64,000 nucleotides of DNA. Origin: Torpedo marmorata (taxonomy: Eukaryota). The notes beneath the pieces are model-generated. The model saw only the letters and a list, made by a program, of their open reading frames with translations. It searched no databases and was not told the origin of the DNA. The stretch covers positions 112,468,001-112,532,000 of the forward strand of contig OZ360232.1 of NCBI GenBank assembly GCA_977017645.1. The letters are read 5' to 3'. Position numbers and translations under genes: made by a program. Shown here one piece after another: positions 63,645 through 64,000 of this stretch (positions are counted from its first letter, which is position 1; each line of letters begins with the position of its first letter).

Positions 63645-64000
63645 TTTTTTAAAAATATTTTATTTTAAATTTTTCACAATAATACAAAATAATACAAAAT
63701 ATATAGTAAATATTAACAAATCCAATAAAAACAAAATTTGTATTACAGTGGTTCTAACCCCATCTCAACCCACCCTCACTAAAACAACCCACCCTCCACC
63801 CTTCCCATCCCTTACTCCCTCCCCTTTCTAAAAATAAAGAAAAGAAAAGAAAAAAGAGGAGAAGACATTGATATTTATCGAAAACACCCGTAGGGGTCCA
63901 CGGCTCGGTGCGAGACATTCAACAATATTTATTCTTTAAATTTAAGAGAGTCAGCAGGGTCTGGGATGTAGGGCAACACATTTAAATATTCATACCTTAT
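63645..64000 (-). mobile_element. Probable L1 3' end
   Basis: Poly-T and TTTATT followed by an A-rich, C-rich tract like the L1 3'UTR at 39353-39720. Confidence 0.6.

Overview
This is vertebrate genomic DNA. The repeat content (HE1/V-SINE-type SINEs, CR1, Rex1/Babar, Deu-domain SINE) points to a cartilaginous fish; that is an inference. The only recognisable host gene is the 5' end of an ARID5B-like gene on the + strand: coding exon 1 at 26113-26133 and BAH-domain exon 2 at 26341-26619. It sits in a CpG-rich promoter directly behind a 6.6-kb array of a 29-bp unit. No exon 3 is seen, so everything to 64000 is probably intron 2. The rest is mostly transposable elements: two full-length but defective CsRn1-clade Ty3/Gypsy elements (3029-7532 +, 33107-37496 -), several solo LTRs, a four-layer nest (CR1 > Tc1 > L1 > Rex1), a nearly intact Rex1/Babar LINE, and many CR1/L1/L2/RTE/Penelope/SINE fragments. 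The most interesting signals are two RNA hairpins with compensatory base changes shared by the two Gypsy families, the RUNX/SOX-motif VNTR abutting the ARID5 promoter, and the unclear paralog identity of the ARID5 gene. I found no evidence for a wholly new multi-gene system. Boundaries of degraded repeats are approximate.
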